From: Tubiluchus corallicola
Lineage: Eukaryota > Animalia > Priapulida
Assembly (NCBI GenBank): GCA_030141605.1
Contig: JAQGDQ010000770.1
Coordinates: 1-64,000 of the forward strand
DNA length: 64,000 nt
Direction: 5' to 3'
Part shown: one piece after another, positions 33,921-52,200 of the stretch
Layout: every line of letters begins with the position of its first letter
Position numbering within the stretch: the first letter of the stretch is position 1
Position numbers and translations under genes: made by a program
Notes under the pieces: model-generated
The model's input: only the letters and a program-made list of their open reading frames with translations
What the model was told of the DNA's origin: nothing
Database searches by the model: none

Positions 33921-36900
33921 ATGACAAAACTAACTCCAGAAGAGGAGAAAACATCATGTGGAATTGGCTCGTGTCACCCTCGCTTTCTTCAGAAGTTTGC
34001 CAACATTTATGTCTTCTTAATCATCCACTGCCTTGGCAACCTCTTCCGCCGCATGTTCATCGGTATCATGAAGGGCAGTTTGACCACAATGGAGAAGCGG
34101 TTTAACCTTCGCAGCCGACAGATGGGGTTGTTGTTCTCCATTAACGACATTGGTTACATTCTTTGTGTCATTTTCATCTCTTACTACTGTGGCAAGATGC
34201 GCAAGCCACTCATTATGGGTATCGGTACTATCGGTTTGGCAATCTCTTTTTTCATGTTCTGCATACCGCATTTTGTTTGGGGAGCGGGGTCGACAACAAC
34301 AGCCGCAAGTCTGGCGAGCTTGACCAACAGGAAGCCGCCTGTGGACATGTGCGCTGCAAATGAAACAATTGTTCAACAATGTGATGCCGCACAAGCTGGG
34401 CAGGACAATATGGCGTACATCATCTTTGTCATAGCAGAGATCATCCTGGGTGCAAGCGGTTGTGCAAATTTTGCTTTATCAATAGCTTACCTTGATGATA
34501 ATATCAGCAAAAAGTCAGCTCCTTTCCTTATAGGTAAGTCAGCATCATGTGTAGAAACAGTAGTATGTAAGGCTTGTGTACATCATGGAGAATTTTCTGT
34601 AAAGAAGTAGGTTCTACGTATGTCAATAAAATAAAATTAAACTGAATTGAAATAAGCATCGCTTGTTCTTTAAATCATTCTTAATATGCCTAACATGTTA
34701 AGGTTAATAGGTCAGATGGAAGTATTTTGGTGAGGGAAGATGTATGCACGCTTGAACTTGAAATTGAACTTGACCTCAATCTGTAGCATGAGGTCAAATA
34801 ACACAATCTTTAGCAATGACCAATGAGTTAAGTTCTGGTGTGTCACAACTGAGTGCCGTTGAGTACAAGACACCAGACAGTAGACGCCAAAATTCATAAA
34901 AAAGCGGAGAGGACAAAGTTATTGGAATTGGAGAAATGGACTGTTTACGCTGTAATGGGTTTAATACCTTTGAACTTAACACAGTTCTACTGTAATGTGA
35001 AAGAAGTGAATTTTACTCTAAATCCACAGCTTGTGATAATCATGCAGTCAGACTTATACGCAAAAAAGAGACAAAAAGGTAAAAACAAGATTGATTTACC
35101 ATCACTCATTTAACAGACAACATTAGCACTAATGACTATTTATCCACTTACTCAGGGGACGCACACAAATAACAAATAACATGTGGGATATATGCCCTGG
35201 CGTAGGCAGCCGCTAGTCTTGAACTCAAGACTGCGAATTTGCAGTCCGGAATCTAAACCACTCGGGGACCCAACCCAGGAAAAAAAATTTAGTATAAATT
35301 CTTCAGCTTCCATTTTCAGAGAGAATAACTAGAGTAGGTTTAGCATATAGGCGAACGTTTACAATTCCCCCGCGCACAAGAAATTAATTCGTGAAACGGA
35401 TTCGGGATGGGGTTAGGGTTAAGCTTAGGGTATTTAAATTGTGTGGGGAATTGTAAAGTCCTTCCACCATACTCTGCATAAAATAAACAAATAAATAAAT
35501 AAATAAATAGAAATTGTTACAACAAGGGACTATAAATACGTAAGGCAATTCAGTGTTCTTACTGTTGACATTGTTGTGTTTGTTTTTTCCAGCTATCAGT
35601 TCAGCTGTCCCGATGTTGGGACCAATGATCGGGTTGTTTCTAAGCAGTGCGTTTCTCAAGCTTTATGTCGATTTGTCAGGTAATTTATTACACTTTTACT
35701 GCCTTAGCTTTTATATGTAACGTAAATTAGTATCACCATAAATACTAATACTGTTTGCGCTTCAAGGAATTTCACAATTAATTATATTAGCTTTGAGCAA
35801 TCGCCTCACTATGTAGTAACTATCACCTTCAATACTGTGGCGAATTAAATAGGTTTCATGTTTGGGTCACAGTGTGCAGGTGGCAGCATCTACAGTGATG
35901 ATCAATGGTAGCCGGAGCTATTAAGATGCTGGCAATAGAAGTGGAAGTGACTCATCATCAAAATTGAGAAGATTTCGTTATTATTAACATTTTTGCCTAA
36001 GAGTGCCTTATCAACAACTCCTATTTCTCTCCTTTTTTATTTTATTTTGTCCGAGGAGTGTTGGCTTCACTTAGCCCTTTCAGTCCCAAATTATTTTTAA
36101 TCAGAAAAAAATTTTTGGCTTGGTACTTTTGTTCAGTATGTCCATCTTGTTTACACATAATAATTATTTTTTCTACCTCTGCCCGCGTGCTAAATATAGC
36201 CTGTATCCCACGGGATACATTGGGATTCAATGGAAGCGTAAAATGTGCTTCATTTTGCAACTGCTGATAGTTTTTTTAAAGCATTTAAAACATTTAGTAC
36301 GCATGCTAAGCTGATCTGTACAAAGTCGTCTCTAAAGTGCTGTACCTTGCGCAGTTTTTATGCTCTGTAGATTTTCTACTTTGCCATTTTATCACCATTT
36401 TTAGTCTATTGTTATTGGCTTAAATCAAAATAACTATTAACAGATCAAATAGCTGTCAGTTTTAAAATTTTAGTAATTTTAAAAGCAGAGAATATTCTCG
36501 TATCCCACGGGATACAACGGGTATGAAAGGGTTAAGTATTTTTGAATGTTTACTTTGCAGACACCAATATCAAGCACACAGATCCTGAATGGATTGGAGC
36601 ATGGTGGTTGGGATTTCTTGTCAACTCTCTGGGATTATTTGTATGCGCAGTTCCGATGCTTCTGTTTCCCAGAGAAATTGCTCGCAAACCCAAGCAACAG
36701 AATCCAACTAAGAATGACGAACAGTCAGCACAGGAGATGAAGCTAATTAAAACATCCAATGACAACAAAGCCGATAACTCACTCAGTGTGGAAAACGGAA
36801 CCTTATTGAAAGCAGACACGGACGACAAGGACATCAATAGTGTATCACAAGAAAAGCAAGAAACAACGGAAGCTGAGCTCGTTAATAAGATATTTACAAA

Positions 36901-39869
36901 TCCCTTGGATCTATTGAAATCAATTGTAGAACTATTGAAAAACCGAACGTATTTATTTTTAATACTAGGGACAACATGTGAAGTGTGGTACTACCCAGTG
37001 TATTTTCTCTTTCTGCCAAAGTATCTTGAAGCTCAATTTGGCGTTTCCAGATCAGATGCTTCTCTTATGAACGGTAGGTTGAAATGGTGACTACAGGAAC
37101 AAAAGGTCAAAATAACCTCTTTAAGTTAAACTAATTTTTAAATTGTCCAGAAGTTTTCTCCCTCGCAGACTTTGCCAGCTGATTGGCAGGTACCAACATC
37201 AAGCGCGCCGATCTTGAATGGATTGGAGTATGGTATAGGATTACTTGTGTATGTGCACTTCCGATACTTCTGTCCCAAGCTCTACACTTTTTGAAAGCTT
37301 CTTTAAAAATAAAGATAAGTTTTAAGACTAAAATGTCATTTTCGACGTTTTGTCTTTTTTGACCATCGCAAGTGTCACTGAGCACTAACCTATTTCCAAG
37401 TTAAAAGGATGGCCAACCTTAATCGCCTTACTGTTCTCGCTATTTAAAAATTAACTTGCTTTTGTTTGCTGACTAAGCCAAGGATGTACAGAGCCCAACA
37501 CTAAATTTGTTATTAACATTTAAGCCTCCTCATATCCTATAACTGGAATGTTGTTAAGGGAGTTTACATATTGAACCATCAAGTGTTACGTGAATTCTAG
37601 CCAAAAGCTTTCAAAGCCTTTTTATACATTTGCTGTCTGCTTGACAATGATTCCCTCGTTTAAGCATCCAACAGCCAGGCATTTTAACAATTATTTGCTT
37701 TAGGTTTTGGTAATGTATAGTATCTGTATAGCGATTATTATTTATTTTTATAGGATGTCTATTGTTCACTATTGTTATTGGTCTACCTATTGGTGGTTTT
37801 CTGATGAAAAGATTGAAGGTTCAACTTCGTGGCTACATTTTGTTAGTAACCATCAGCGTTTGTATTAAGATCGTTGGTACCATTGCCAATATGTTTAATG
37901 GTTGTCCGACAACACATTTAGCAGGAAATGCTAGCCTGGATACTGGGTGCGTTTGTTCATAGCGGTATTTTTGCCACGTTGTTGTGATCATCATTGTAAT
38001 TTATGTTCTTTGTTTAGTAGCTTTTGCTTAGTTTTAATCTATATCTTTTAGATGCTGTCCATTGTTCTTTATTATAGAGTTATAAATTGTGGTCGTAATT
38101 TTGATTTTCATTACGGTAGTTATCATCGTCATCATCATCGCCACAATCAAAATTATCACCATTACCATTATCACTATCATAACGGATAGTTTTTTAACAG
38201 TTGGAACTATGCAGCTGGCTGTGAACTATGTGACTGTGATAGTCAAAGATATGGACCCGTGTGTGGAAGTGACGGTTACACTTATTTCAGTCCATGCTAT
38301 GCTGGCTGTACTGCAATAAATTCAACTGCCTATCCTAAGGTATAGTTTTTTAATTCTTTGCAGCTTCAAAAATACTGATTAATGACATATTCAGTGTTTA
38401 AAAAGTTAGTTATGTTGTAGATGTTAGATGGCGTGACGTGGCGAATTTCCGTGATTGGAATTTTGAAGCCAAACATGTCTGAAAGGAAGTAAACGTGAAA
38501 AAGTCTGGTTAAACCTTTGTTTCCTTATTAAAAAAATCATCATAAATGAGACACAATTAATAATTAATTATGAATTTGTTTCACGATCTAAGTTATTCCT
38601 GGTAAAAGTAACATATTTCGTGGTAATTCCTTTAGTGTAAAAATATTTTAGAATGTCTTAGAAGACGTTCATTGATCAGAAGAACACAAGTAATGAAGTA
38701 TGACATGGGACTTGTACACACAAGGTCACTGGTTCAAACCCAATTTTTATACTTATAAGTATAAAGTTTATAATATAAAATTAATAGGTAGTTTCTGCAT
38801 CTGAGACATTATCTAAACGCATTTTACAACAACAGGTGTATTCTTCATGTTCCTGCCTGCAATCGAGTACTGTTGGCAGTGCAGTGGAAGGAAGATGTCT
38901 TCCAGAATGCAAGTCTCGCCTGATCTTGTTCTTGGCGATTTTTGGAACAACAATGATTCTCGTTGCTCCTCTTCACGTGGCGGCGCTGATGGCAAAGTTG
39001 AGGTCTGTTACCAAGGAGCAAAAGCCGCTGGCGTTCGGAATGATGTCGTTTACTTTTAGTGTATTTAGTAAGTTCAAATAATTTTAGTTTAAATACTTTG
39101 AGCATTACCAAAAATGTAGTGTGAACAGTTGCAAATCTGCCAATCTTTCTACTTCATGCGCTCTGATACCAAACGGTACACAATATCTTCCAGTTTATTT
39201 TGGATTCTACTGTAATATGTATTCATTTTGATAATAAAGATTACCAGGAAACGTCTAGCGTTTGTTTATTCAAAAATTTTACAATCAGCACAGCACTATC
39301 CTAACACAAATGTTGCTGTTCTCACGTTAGAATTTCAACTGGAGAATAATAATTTTATAATAATAATGATCTTCACACATTGATATCTGCTTAATAGAAT
39401 AATAATTTTGTTGTTTTTAAATGATAATTACAAAAAATGAACTATTCAGCTTACGCGAGAGAAATCAGGTCCATGGGTGTTGTATCAGCTCAACAAATAC
39501 TTGAAATTTTCTTTTTCAGCATTTTTGCCTGGTCCTATTGTTAGTGGAACCCTTGTGGACACTGCTTGTCTCCTATGGAACAAGAAAACGTGCGACACTA
39601 GTGGCAAAACTGGGAACTGTTTACTGTACGACAACGACAGACTGAGATTTGTAATGCACGGAACTGCCTTGGGGTTCTTTCTTCTCACAGTCATGTTCTA
39701 CCTCCTTGCCATGCGTAGTGCACCAGGAGGCTTCCTTGGAGAAGAGGTGGCACCTTCTAAAACAACAACAGACAATCAAGATAGTGAAAAACCAGAAAAA
39801 ACACAAGAAGAAGTAGATGAAAATGTGTTAGTAGATGATTTAAGTAACTCTTTACTCAATATAACATGA
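33921..39869 (+). CDS. SLCO: Organic anion transporting polypeptide (OATP/SLCO family) paralogue A, about 708 aa, 7 coding exons
   Basis: Exons 33921-34533, 35593-35679, 36561-37073, 37754-37946, 38201-38339, 38836-39067 and 39520-39869. Motifs [26 protein letters not shown] (OATP signature), [11 protein letters not shown], Kazal-like [21 protein letters not shown]...C...GNCLLYDN. Subfamily not assignable. Confidence 0.95.
35137..35276 (-). mobile_element. Decayed tRNA-derived SINE fragment
   Basis: Minus strand has A-box-like CCGAGTGG, GACTGCAAAT anticodon-like loop and B-box GAGTTCAAGAC, followed by a non-tRNA body. Confidence 0.45.
36075..36531. mobile_element. piggyBac-like MITE
   Basis: TIRs CCCTTTCAGTCCC / GGGTATGAAAGGG flanked by TTAG / TTAA; palindrome GTATCCCACGGGATAC at 36203 and 36500. 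Confidence 0.7.
37186..37277 (+). pseudogene. Decayed partial duplicate of SLCO-A exon 3
   Basis: GCAG|GTACCAACATCAAGCGCGCCGATCTTGAATGGATTGGAGTATGGT ([14 protein letters not shown]) versus exon 3 [14 protein letters not shown], followed by a deletion. Confidence 0.8.
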
Positions 39870-42800
39870 AGAAACCAAATAGTCAATTATTGTCGGTACT
39901 GTGAGACCACTTGCGCAACTGAAAACCAGTGACGTTTGTAAAAAAAGCAGACATTAACGAGCATTAGTGGTAACTTTTAGGTTGCTTCGTATTAAATGTG
40001 TATTAGTGTCGATTCAGTGATTCTGTGCTAGAATAGCTTTTACCTTATGTTTGTTTGAATAGGACTAGCTGGAATCTGTATCACCTAGTAACGTTTCAAG
40101 TGTCGAAATTGTATGCGTCTGTTTACCTCACATATTGCTGTACAATAATATGTAAATAAAACATTTCATTGAACACTCAAAGAGTTACTTTTAGCAATTT
40201 TCTCGCCTTTCTTTGTATTTCAAATCTGAGAAACGCAAAAATTAGCGAGAATGAAGAATGTATGTGAGCTCTGCTAACATATTTAAGGTCCTTAATTTTT
40301 AAACCAGAACGTAATGTCATGAAATACATAATTTGTTGCAATTGATAGTCAAAAGTTTTTCTCCGTCAGCCTAAGTATCAGAGTTATTATATTATTATAA
40401 CAGTATTATCCCTTGTACTGGTTGTTGTAAAATAAATTTGTTCTATCCTATTCTATTTCATTTCATTCCATTCCATTCTATACTAGTGCATGTAATTAAA
40501 TTACGTCGGCCAGTCGTTAAGAAATCGAATTCAGTCTGCTCCGAGGAACTTTACATTTTCTCTGCCAGTTTTTATGATGGTAATTCCTCCGCTCAGTAAT
40601 ACAATTAAATCCCGTTAAAGATAAATGGGTTCGGTTTGGTTTTTTTTGTGTGGTTCGGTTTATATTTTACATACGTTTCGAAGTCTCTGCCAGGTTACTT
40701 GCTACAACTATAGCCCATCATCACTGTAAAATATAATCAAAGTTTATGAATTACTACAACAAGATATAAATGCACGATGACCTTTGCGTGTCCTTCAGGC
40801 TTATCATCGTGAAGAATGATTACTTAACGTTGATCATGTGATGGGTTTTTAACGACAAGCAGCAAGGCATTTGTACAACTAGTAAAATTATAAATGGTGG
40901 AAAGTGACATTTCATTCTTCTCATAAGCGAGGTTTATAAAACGAGTAAAAGAAATGATCTATAATGTCAATGCTTTAACAATGGAAGATGTGACTTTAAC
41001 ATGTCCAGGGCGGGTTAACCACTAGGCTAATAAGGCTATAGCCATAAACCCTAAATTTTTATAGACATTCGGAGTCCCGAGCCCGATGACAAATTAAATA
41101 GAGATAATGTTATTTAGTAAACATGAAAACAAAATTATTCAAACTGAACATATTAAAATAAGTATTATTTGCTTTTCATTTTTGTAAACGTCGGTACGCA
41201 TTTCAGCGATTGAACCTATACTGTACACGGAATATTAAATTTCCATTTTTCACTATAGATCCAACTCAACACATTTGGTAATAGGATGCCTTGCGCCAAA
41301 ACATTAGAACACAGGCTTGGCCACAAATGCAACTAGAGCACTGTCAGTTTTAGACTCATCGGTAATTTGACACAAAGTATTTTTGGCACATAGATTACTT
41401 GGACACATAAATCATTTGGATGCATCGGTCATTTAGACTCTAACATTTAATACTTGTAAGAGCAGGGGATTTAGACAATTTGCAATACATTTTCTCATTG
41501 TCCATTGTGTAACAGTGGAACCGTCGTACTTTTTTTTATTTTCCACAGCTTAGTCCATTTTTCTGTAGTTGGATTTCCAATACAGAAATCTTAACCTACT
41601 TGTCTGTTTGGACAGGTAAATCTAGTTTCGCTGTTTATCTCTCGCCGTCCCGTTAGCACAAATAGTTAGGACAAGAAGGTAGGTAAACCTGGGGGCAACT
41701 ATAACGTAGATGATTTTGTGTTCTTGGGACCTAACTTAACGTTCAGTTGTTTGAATAGGTTGACAAACGTCATTATCCTACGTCCTGTGTGAAATTGTGT
41801 TCGAAGTGACTAAGAGAGAAAATCGGGATGACAAACCTGATTAGTATAAGGTTACTTTTGCGAATTATAGAGCACAGTGTTATAGAGTGACAAATGGATA
41901 TGAAACTGTGATAATGTTGTGACTGAGTACAAAGTCTTCGTTTAAATATTATAGCATCGTTTCAGTCAGCTGACAGGTACGGCAGACATGTTAAGGAGTG
42001 AAACTTGATTCGTGCGAAGCTAAGGACGTTTGGTTGTATAACAGTGTGACGTGGTTGCTACGAAATCCGGGCTATATACAAAAAAGGTCATTATATACTG
42101 TTATAATTCTGTTATAATTGTACAGCATAATAGGCGCAACTAAAAAACTTTAGTATAGGGATAATTTAAATATTTTACTAAGGTCCAAATTTTGTTGTTT
42201 TGCTACACATGATAGAAATCAATGTTTTTAGTTGAGTATTAGTATTAAGTAGCTATTGTGACAAATTCTGAAATAGATAATTTTTAGGTTTTGACTAACA
42301 CTTTGTTATCTATATATATCAGCATTTTAACCCATCAGGTTCACAGTTCTCCAACCGTCTCACAAGGTTGTATGACAAGTCTTTATCAAGCGATATCCCG
42401 AAATAGACTAGTTTAAATATTTTTAGTTTTGACTATGAAATTTGTTGCCTAAGGCTTATTTTTCACTTGAACAACTTGAAAACTTAAACAAGTTGCCATA
42501 GGATGTTTACTCGCTTGTGGAAACTAAGCGACTAAATGACCAAATTTTCCTCATCACCTCTGTTGTCGAGTTTTGTGTTTGCTCGGAGGCTTTCCTTGTC
42601 AAGTTTTCCTAGTTGAGTTGGCGCATCCAGTAAGTTTTTTTCGTGTTGTCCATGCAGACAATGTTTGCTCTATTAAATCAGAGGAGTTGCCATTACTTTT
42701 TCGCTGATTTAGAGTAACAATGAGTTTTTAATAAGCAAGGGTAAGCGTTCCCCTTGTTTGTTACTTTGCTGTGCTATGTATATGTACGTATACAGTTATT

Positions 42801-42945
42801 ATACATAAGCCTAAATCTATATTTAAGATGATATTGTACACATTCAACATAGAACATTAACGCTTTATTATAAGGGCCCAGAACAATATTTTTTCGTGTC
42901 TATATAAAATAAAATAGCTGCAAAAATGAAATGAAATGAAAAAAG

Positions 42946-43050
42946 TAAATAATTAAAATTTAGGTAGATAATAGATAATTTAAATAATTAATAATTAAAT
43001 AATTAAAATTTAGGTAGATAATAGATAATTTAAATAATTAATAGTTAAAT
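42946..43050. repeat. 50-bp AT-rich tandem duplication
   Basis: TAAATAATTAAAATTTAGGTAGATAATAG at 42946 and 42996. Confidence 0.9.
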
Positions 43051-43136
43051 TAATGAAAAGTAATGAAGTTATTTTAAAGCTAATATTCCAATACATTGCG
43101 TTGCTTAATTTTAGGCAGCCCAGTCAATAGAACAAA

Positions 43137-48241
<5,105 letters not shown>

Positions 48242-49262
48242 ATCCAGAGTAGTTCCCTGTACATAGGAAACAAATGAAACAAAAACTTGTTTTTTGTATA
48301 TTTAATAAAAGTGTTTAATCTTGTTGCTTGTGTTGTTTTACATTTATAATGCAGCATTATAATGCTTTGAGAGTAATAATTGCGTTTTTATATAAGTTGC
48401 TGTGGTGTGCCCTGCATACAAAATGTGTCTTCCCAGTTTTCTTGAAAAGTTTGCATCTTTTCTTCACCTTATGTTTTAAGACTAAATAATACGCATTTTA
48501 TCTGCCACAGATAATAAAAGTAAGAGATTTAGTGTGTGCGGTGCTAAATTCCTAATTAAAGAATTTTAGTGGATCGCGCTGTCAAGGGCTAGAAGACGAG
48601 GTTTTAAATTTCACGGCCTCTTATAGTTTACCTTCAGCCACAAGTATAGAGTAGATACTTGGAGGTCCTGCCTGTAGTGAACAATGATTTTCAAAGAAAA
48701 ACTCAGTGCTTTAACCTAAAGAATATGATAAATTGAAAAATTTACAAGTTACTGCACTAAAACGCATCAAATGGCAGGCAGAGCTGTTATTGTACTGCAG
48801 CGCGATTTTTGTCAGCAGTCAAAACGTCCAATGGCATAATGAACAATGGCCAATTAGGGAAAATCAAAAGCTAACTTGATCAGTCAAATATATGTTATGT
48901 CTCCAATGGTGTAATGCTGCCAACAGCCCTTCAGTCCAGTCTGTTAACCCGGTCTTGCAGGCATCACGGTTTTGTCACCTGCAAAAACAAGGATATCTGT
49001 CCAGCCCAACCTATGCAGATAAAAACGAAAATGAGTAGTTGTTGACATAATAAAGCCTGACAAAAGTCAGTCGGCATTTTAGCGCTTGTAAAATGTATTT
49101 CTCAATTTTAATTACAACTGATTAAATTCCTGTCTTTGCAGTTTATACAAGTTAAGAAGTTTGTAAATAAGCTATTTTCCTTTTAGCGCATTTGCAGAAT
49201 GAAATGCAAAGTTATTTATATGGTTATAATTATTGTTTATAGATACGTAGGAAGCAATAAAA

Positions 49263-52200
49263 ATGGCATTGCCAGTGAAAGCTGACAAAAGAGAAGGCAG
49301 ATTGTGTGGAATTAGTCAGTGTCGTCCACGTTTTATTCAACGCTTTGCAAACATTTATTGCTTCGGTCTCTTTTACGTGCTTAACATGTTGTTCAGAGGA
49401 ATGTATTGGGGCGTTTTCATGGGCGTAGTCACTACAGTAGAGAAACGCTTCAACTTAAAGACTCGAGAGATTGGTCTCCTTCTTGCCGTCAATGAAATCG
49501 GCCACATTCTCTGCGTCGTCATCATCTCTTATTACGGTGGGAAGAAGCGAAAGCCATTGGTCATGGGAATTTTTCAGCTACTTTTTGCATTCTCTCTACT
49601 CTTATATGCTACGCCACATTTTATATTTGGTCCTGGGACAGTGTCCAACGCTGCTATTTCCACCAACAACAGCAATGTTACAGAGGGTAGTGGTATGTGT
49701 CATGCAAAAGAACCTATTAATAATAATGGCACTGCCTGTGATAGTACTGCAATGGATAGCGTTGAAAATAGGACTGCGTACTTCATATTTGCACTTGCAA
49801 ACTTTCTGCTTGGGGCATGTGCATCTGCATATTATTCTCTAGGCTTGGCATATTTGGATGATAATGTAGAGAGGGATACAGCACCTGTATTGATAGGTAT
49901 ATTGACACTGCAAGTGTTACTTTGGTTGATAAATGCTAGAATTTTACGCAATGTAGAAAGCCTCTCAAAGAAAATTAAGAAAACATTTAAAATGAGCTTC
50001 ATTTACTATAAATTTCCAACTTTCCCATTTAGCTGTTGGAGTTTTGTGATATTTTTTTTAATATTCATCACGTTGCAAGCCAGAATTCAGAACTCAATAA
50101 CCGTGCATTTTTAGCTTGTGTTCATGACAAGACGAGAACCTAGCTCATTATCAAAGGTAACCGTTTAGATAAACCAGTGAACTTCGGTGGTGAATCAAAC
50201 TCAGTAATGGTCAACTTAAGGTCATTCAGTCATTTGTTTCATTGAACACCACTTTTGTCTATAACTATAGATATAAATAATCACTTATCTGCGCTAATAG
50301 GCGCAGTAGGAGAATATATCTTTGGGAATTAATTGAGACACAAAAGCATTTTTTGAATCAGGATGTTATTTAGTATTGTTGTAAAAGTCTTCTCTTCAAT
50401 TGACCTTGGGAATTTTTTTAGGGCCGGTTGAATTTTATGACCAACACAAAGCATCAGCCTTAGCAAACACGTCTTTGCTGACCTTTTTTGTCAGCATTTA
50501 ATGCAGTCCAGATTATCATATTAGTTTAGATTACCATGTCATGTATATTTGCTGTGATTTCTTAATAAAATGTAGCCACATGACCGCTAGTAACTATTTT
50601 CCTAAACATGTCACGATTTTCTTTTTTTGCTCCACACATCTCATTAAATTCGTTCATTTATGCAGGTGTGACAAACTCACTGCCCATGTTTGGACCAATG
50701 CTGGGTTATTTCCTGAGCGCACTATGCATCAGTATTTACGTCGATCTTTCAGGTGAGGTAACATTTTCAAATGATGTGTTAACGCTTTATATTTATATTG
50801 AATTGCTACATTTTCTAACTTATACCTCATTCATAGCTGTAACTAAAAATGACAAGTGAGTCGCTGTCCATTTGTCCATGGCTCAGTTTGATTTCATTAT
50901 ACTATCAATAAGGGGTTGCCAGCATCATTAATATCAACTGCCACTAGAAATTTGTATGTATATTTTTCTGTTCAATTTTTTGGAATTAATCATTAGCTTG
51001 CAGCAATTTCAAAAGGCAGCTATTAATCACCTGACATCAGAAGCAAGCGCCAAATCTTGAAGAGAAAAACAACGTACAGTAATGTATTTATTACAGGCAC
51101 AAATTTAAACCCGTCCGATCATCAGTGGATAGGGGCTTGGTGGCTTGGGTTTGTAATTACATCCATATTATTGTTTATTGTTGCTGGACCATTGATGCTG
51201 TTTCCAAAATACATGCCAAAGACTTTATCCAAAGCGGCGGAAGGAGAGCTGGAGGAAGAGCAACTTCAGAAAAAGCCACATTCATCGTACGAAAATATAG
51301 CTTTAAATGTGGCAGAAATTCCAACAGAACTTCTAAAGGACATCTGGCGTTTAGCCAAGAACAAAGTCTTCGTATTTTTGACTCTTGGCAGCTGCCTGGA
51401 GAATTGGCAAATTGTCCTGTATTATATGTTTTTGCCAAAGTACGCCGAAGTGCAGTTTGGACTGTCCCCCTCTGAAGCGAATGTATTGAATGGTAAGCAA
51501 ATGTGCACGTTTTTAGATTTGCATGATTATCTTATTATGTATTACAACAATACAAGTTGTAAAAATATAACAGAACAGTTTTGTGACGTTATGAATAACT
51601 AATCAATTTTTCAAAATTTCAACCTTCAGATCATCAGTAGATCTAGCGCTTAGTGGCTTGGTAAAGTCAAGCTTTTACTAAGCAGTGATGATTATGCGAG
51701 TACGATTTAGCAGCAAGTTTTTTACTAAATGTTTTAACAAAAGGAATTCATAAAACAACAATAATTTTATTTATAAAAAACAACTTTTTTTCTTTAGATG
51801 CATTGTTTCTATGTAAACTGTATGATGATGCTAAACCAAGCATTTAGGTGTATTGTCTCTGCATATTGTGCTTTATCATACTGTATTGTATTGTATTGCA
51901 TTGTATTGCATTGCATTGCATTGCATTGTATTGCATTGCATTGCATTGCATTGTATTGTATTGCATTGCATTGCATTGCGTTGCGTTGCGTTTTGTTGCA
52001 TTGCATTGCATTGCATTGCATTGCATTGCATTGCATTGCATTGCATTGTATTATACTGTACTGAACTACACTCCATTACACTACACTGCACTGCACTGCA
52101 CTGTACTGTATTGTATTGTGTTGTATTATATTGTGTTGTACTGTATCAATAAGCTCATTATTATCATCTTAAAAGTTTTCTGATTATAATGCTTTTATAT

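Noticed and set aside
35205-35276. tRNA-Cys gene
   Set aside because: Stems pair poorly; better explained as a SINE head.
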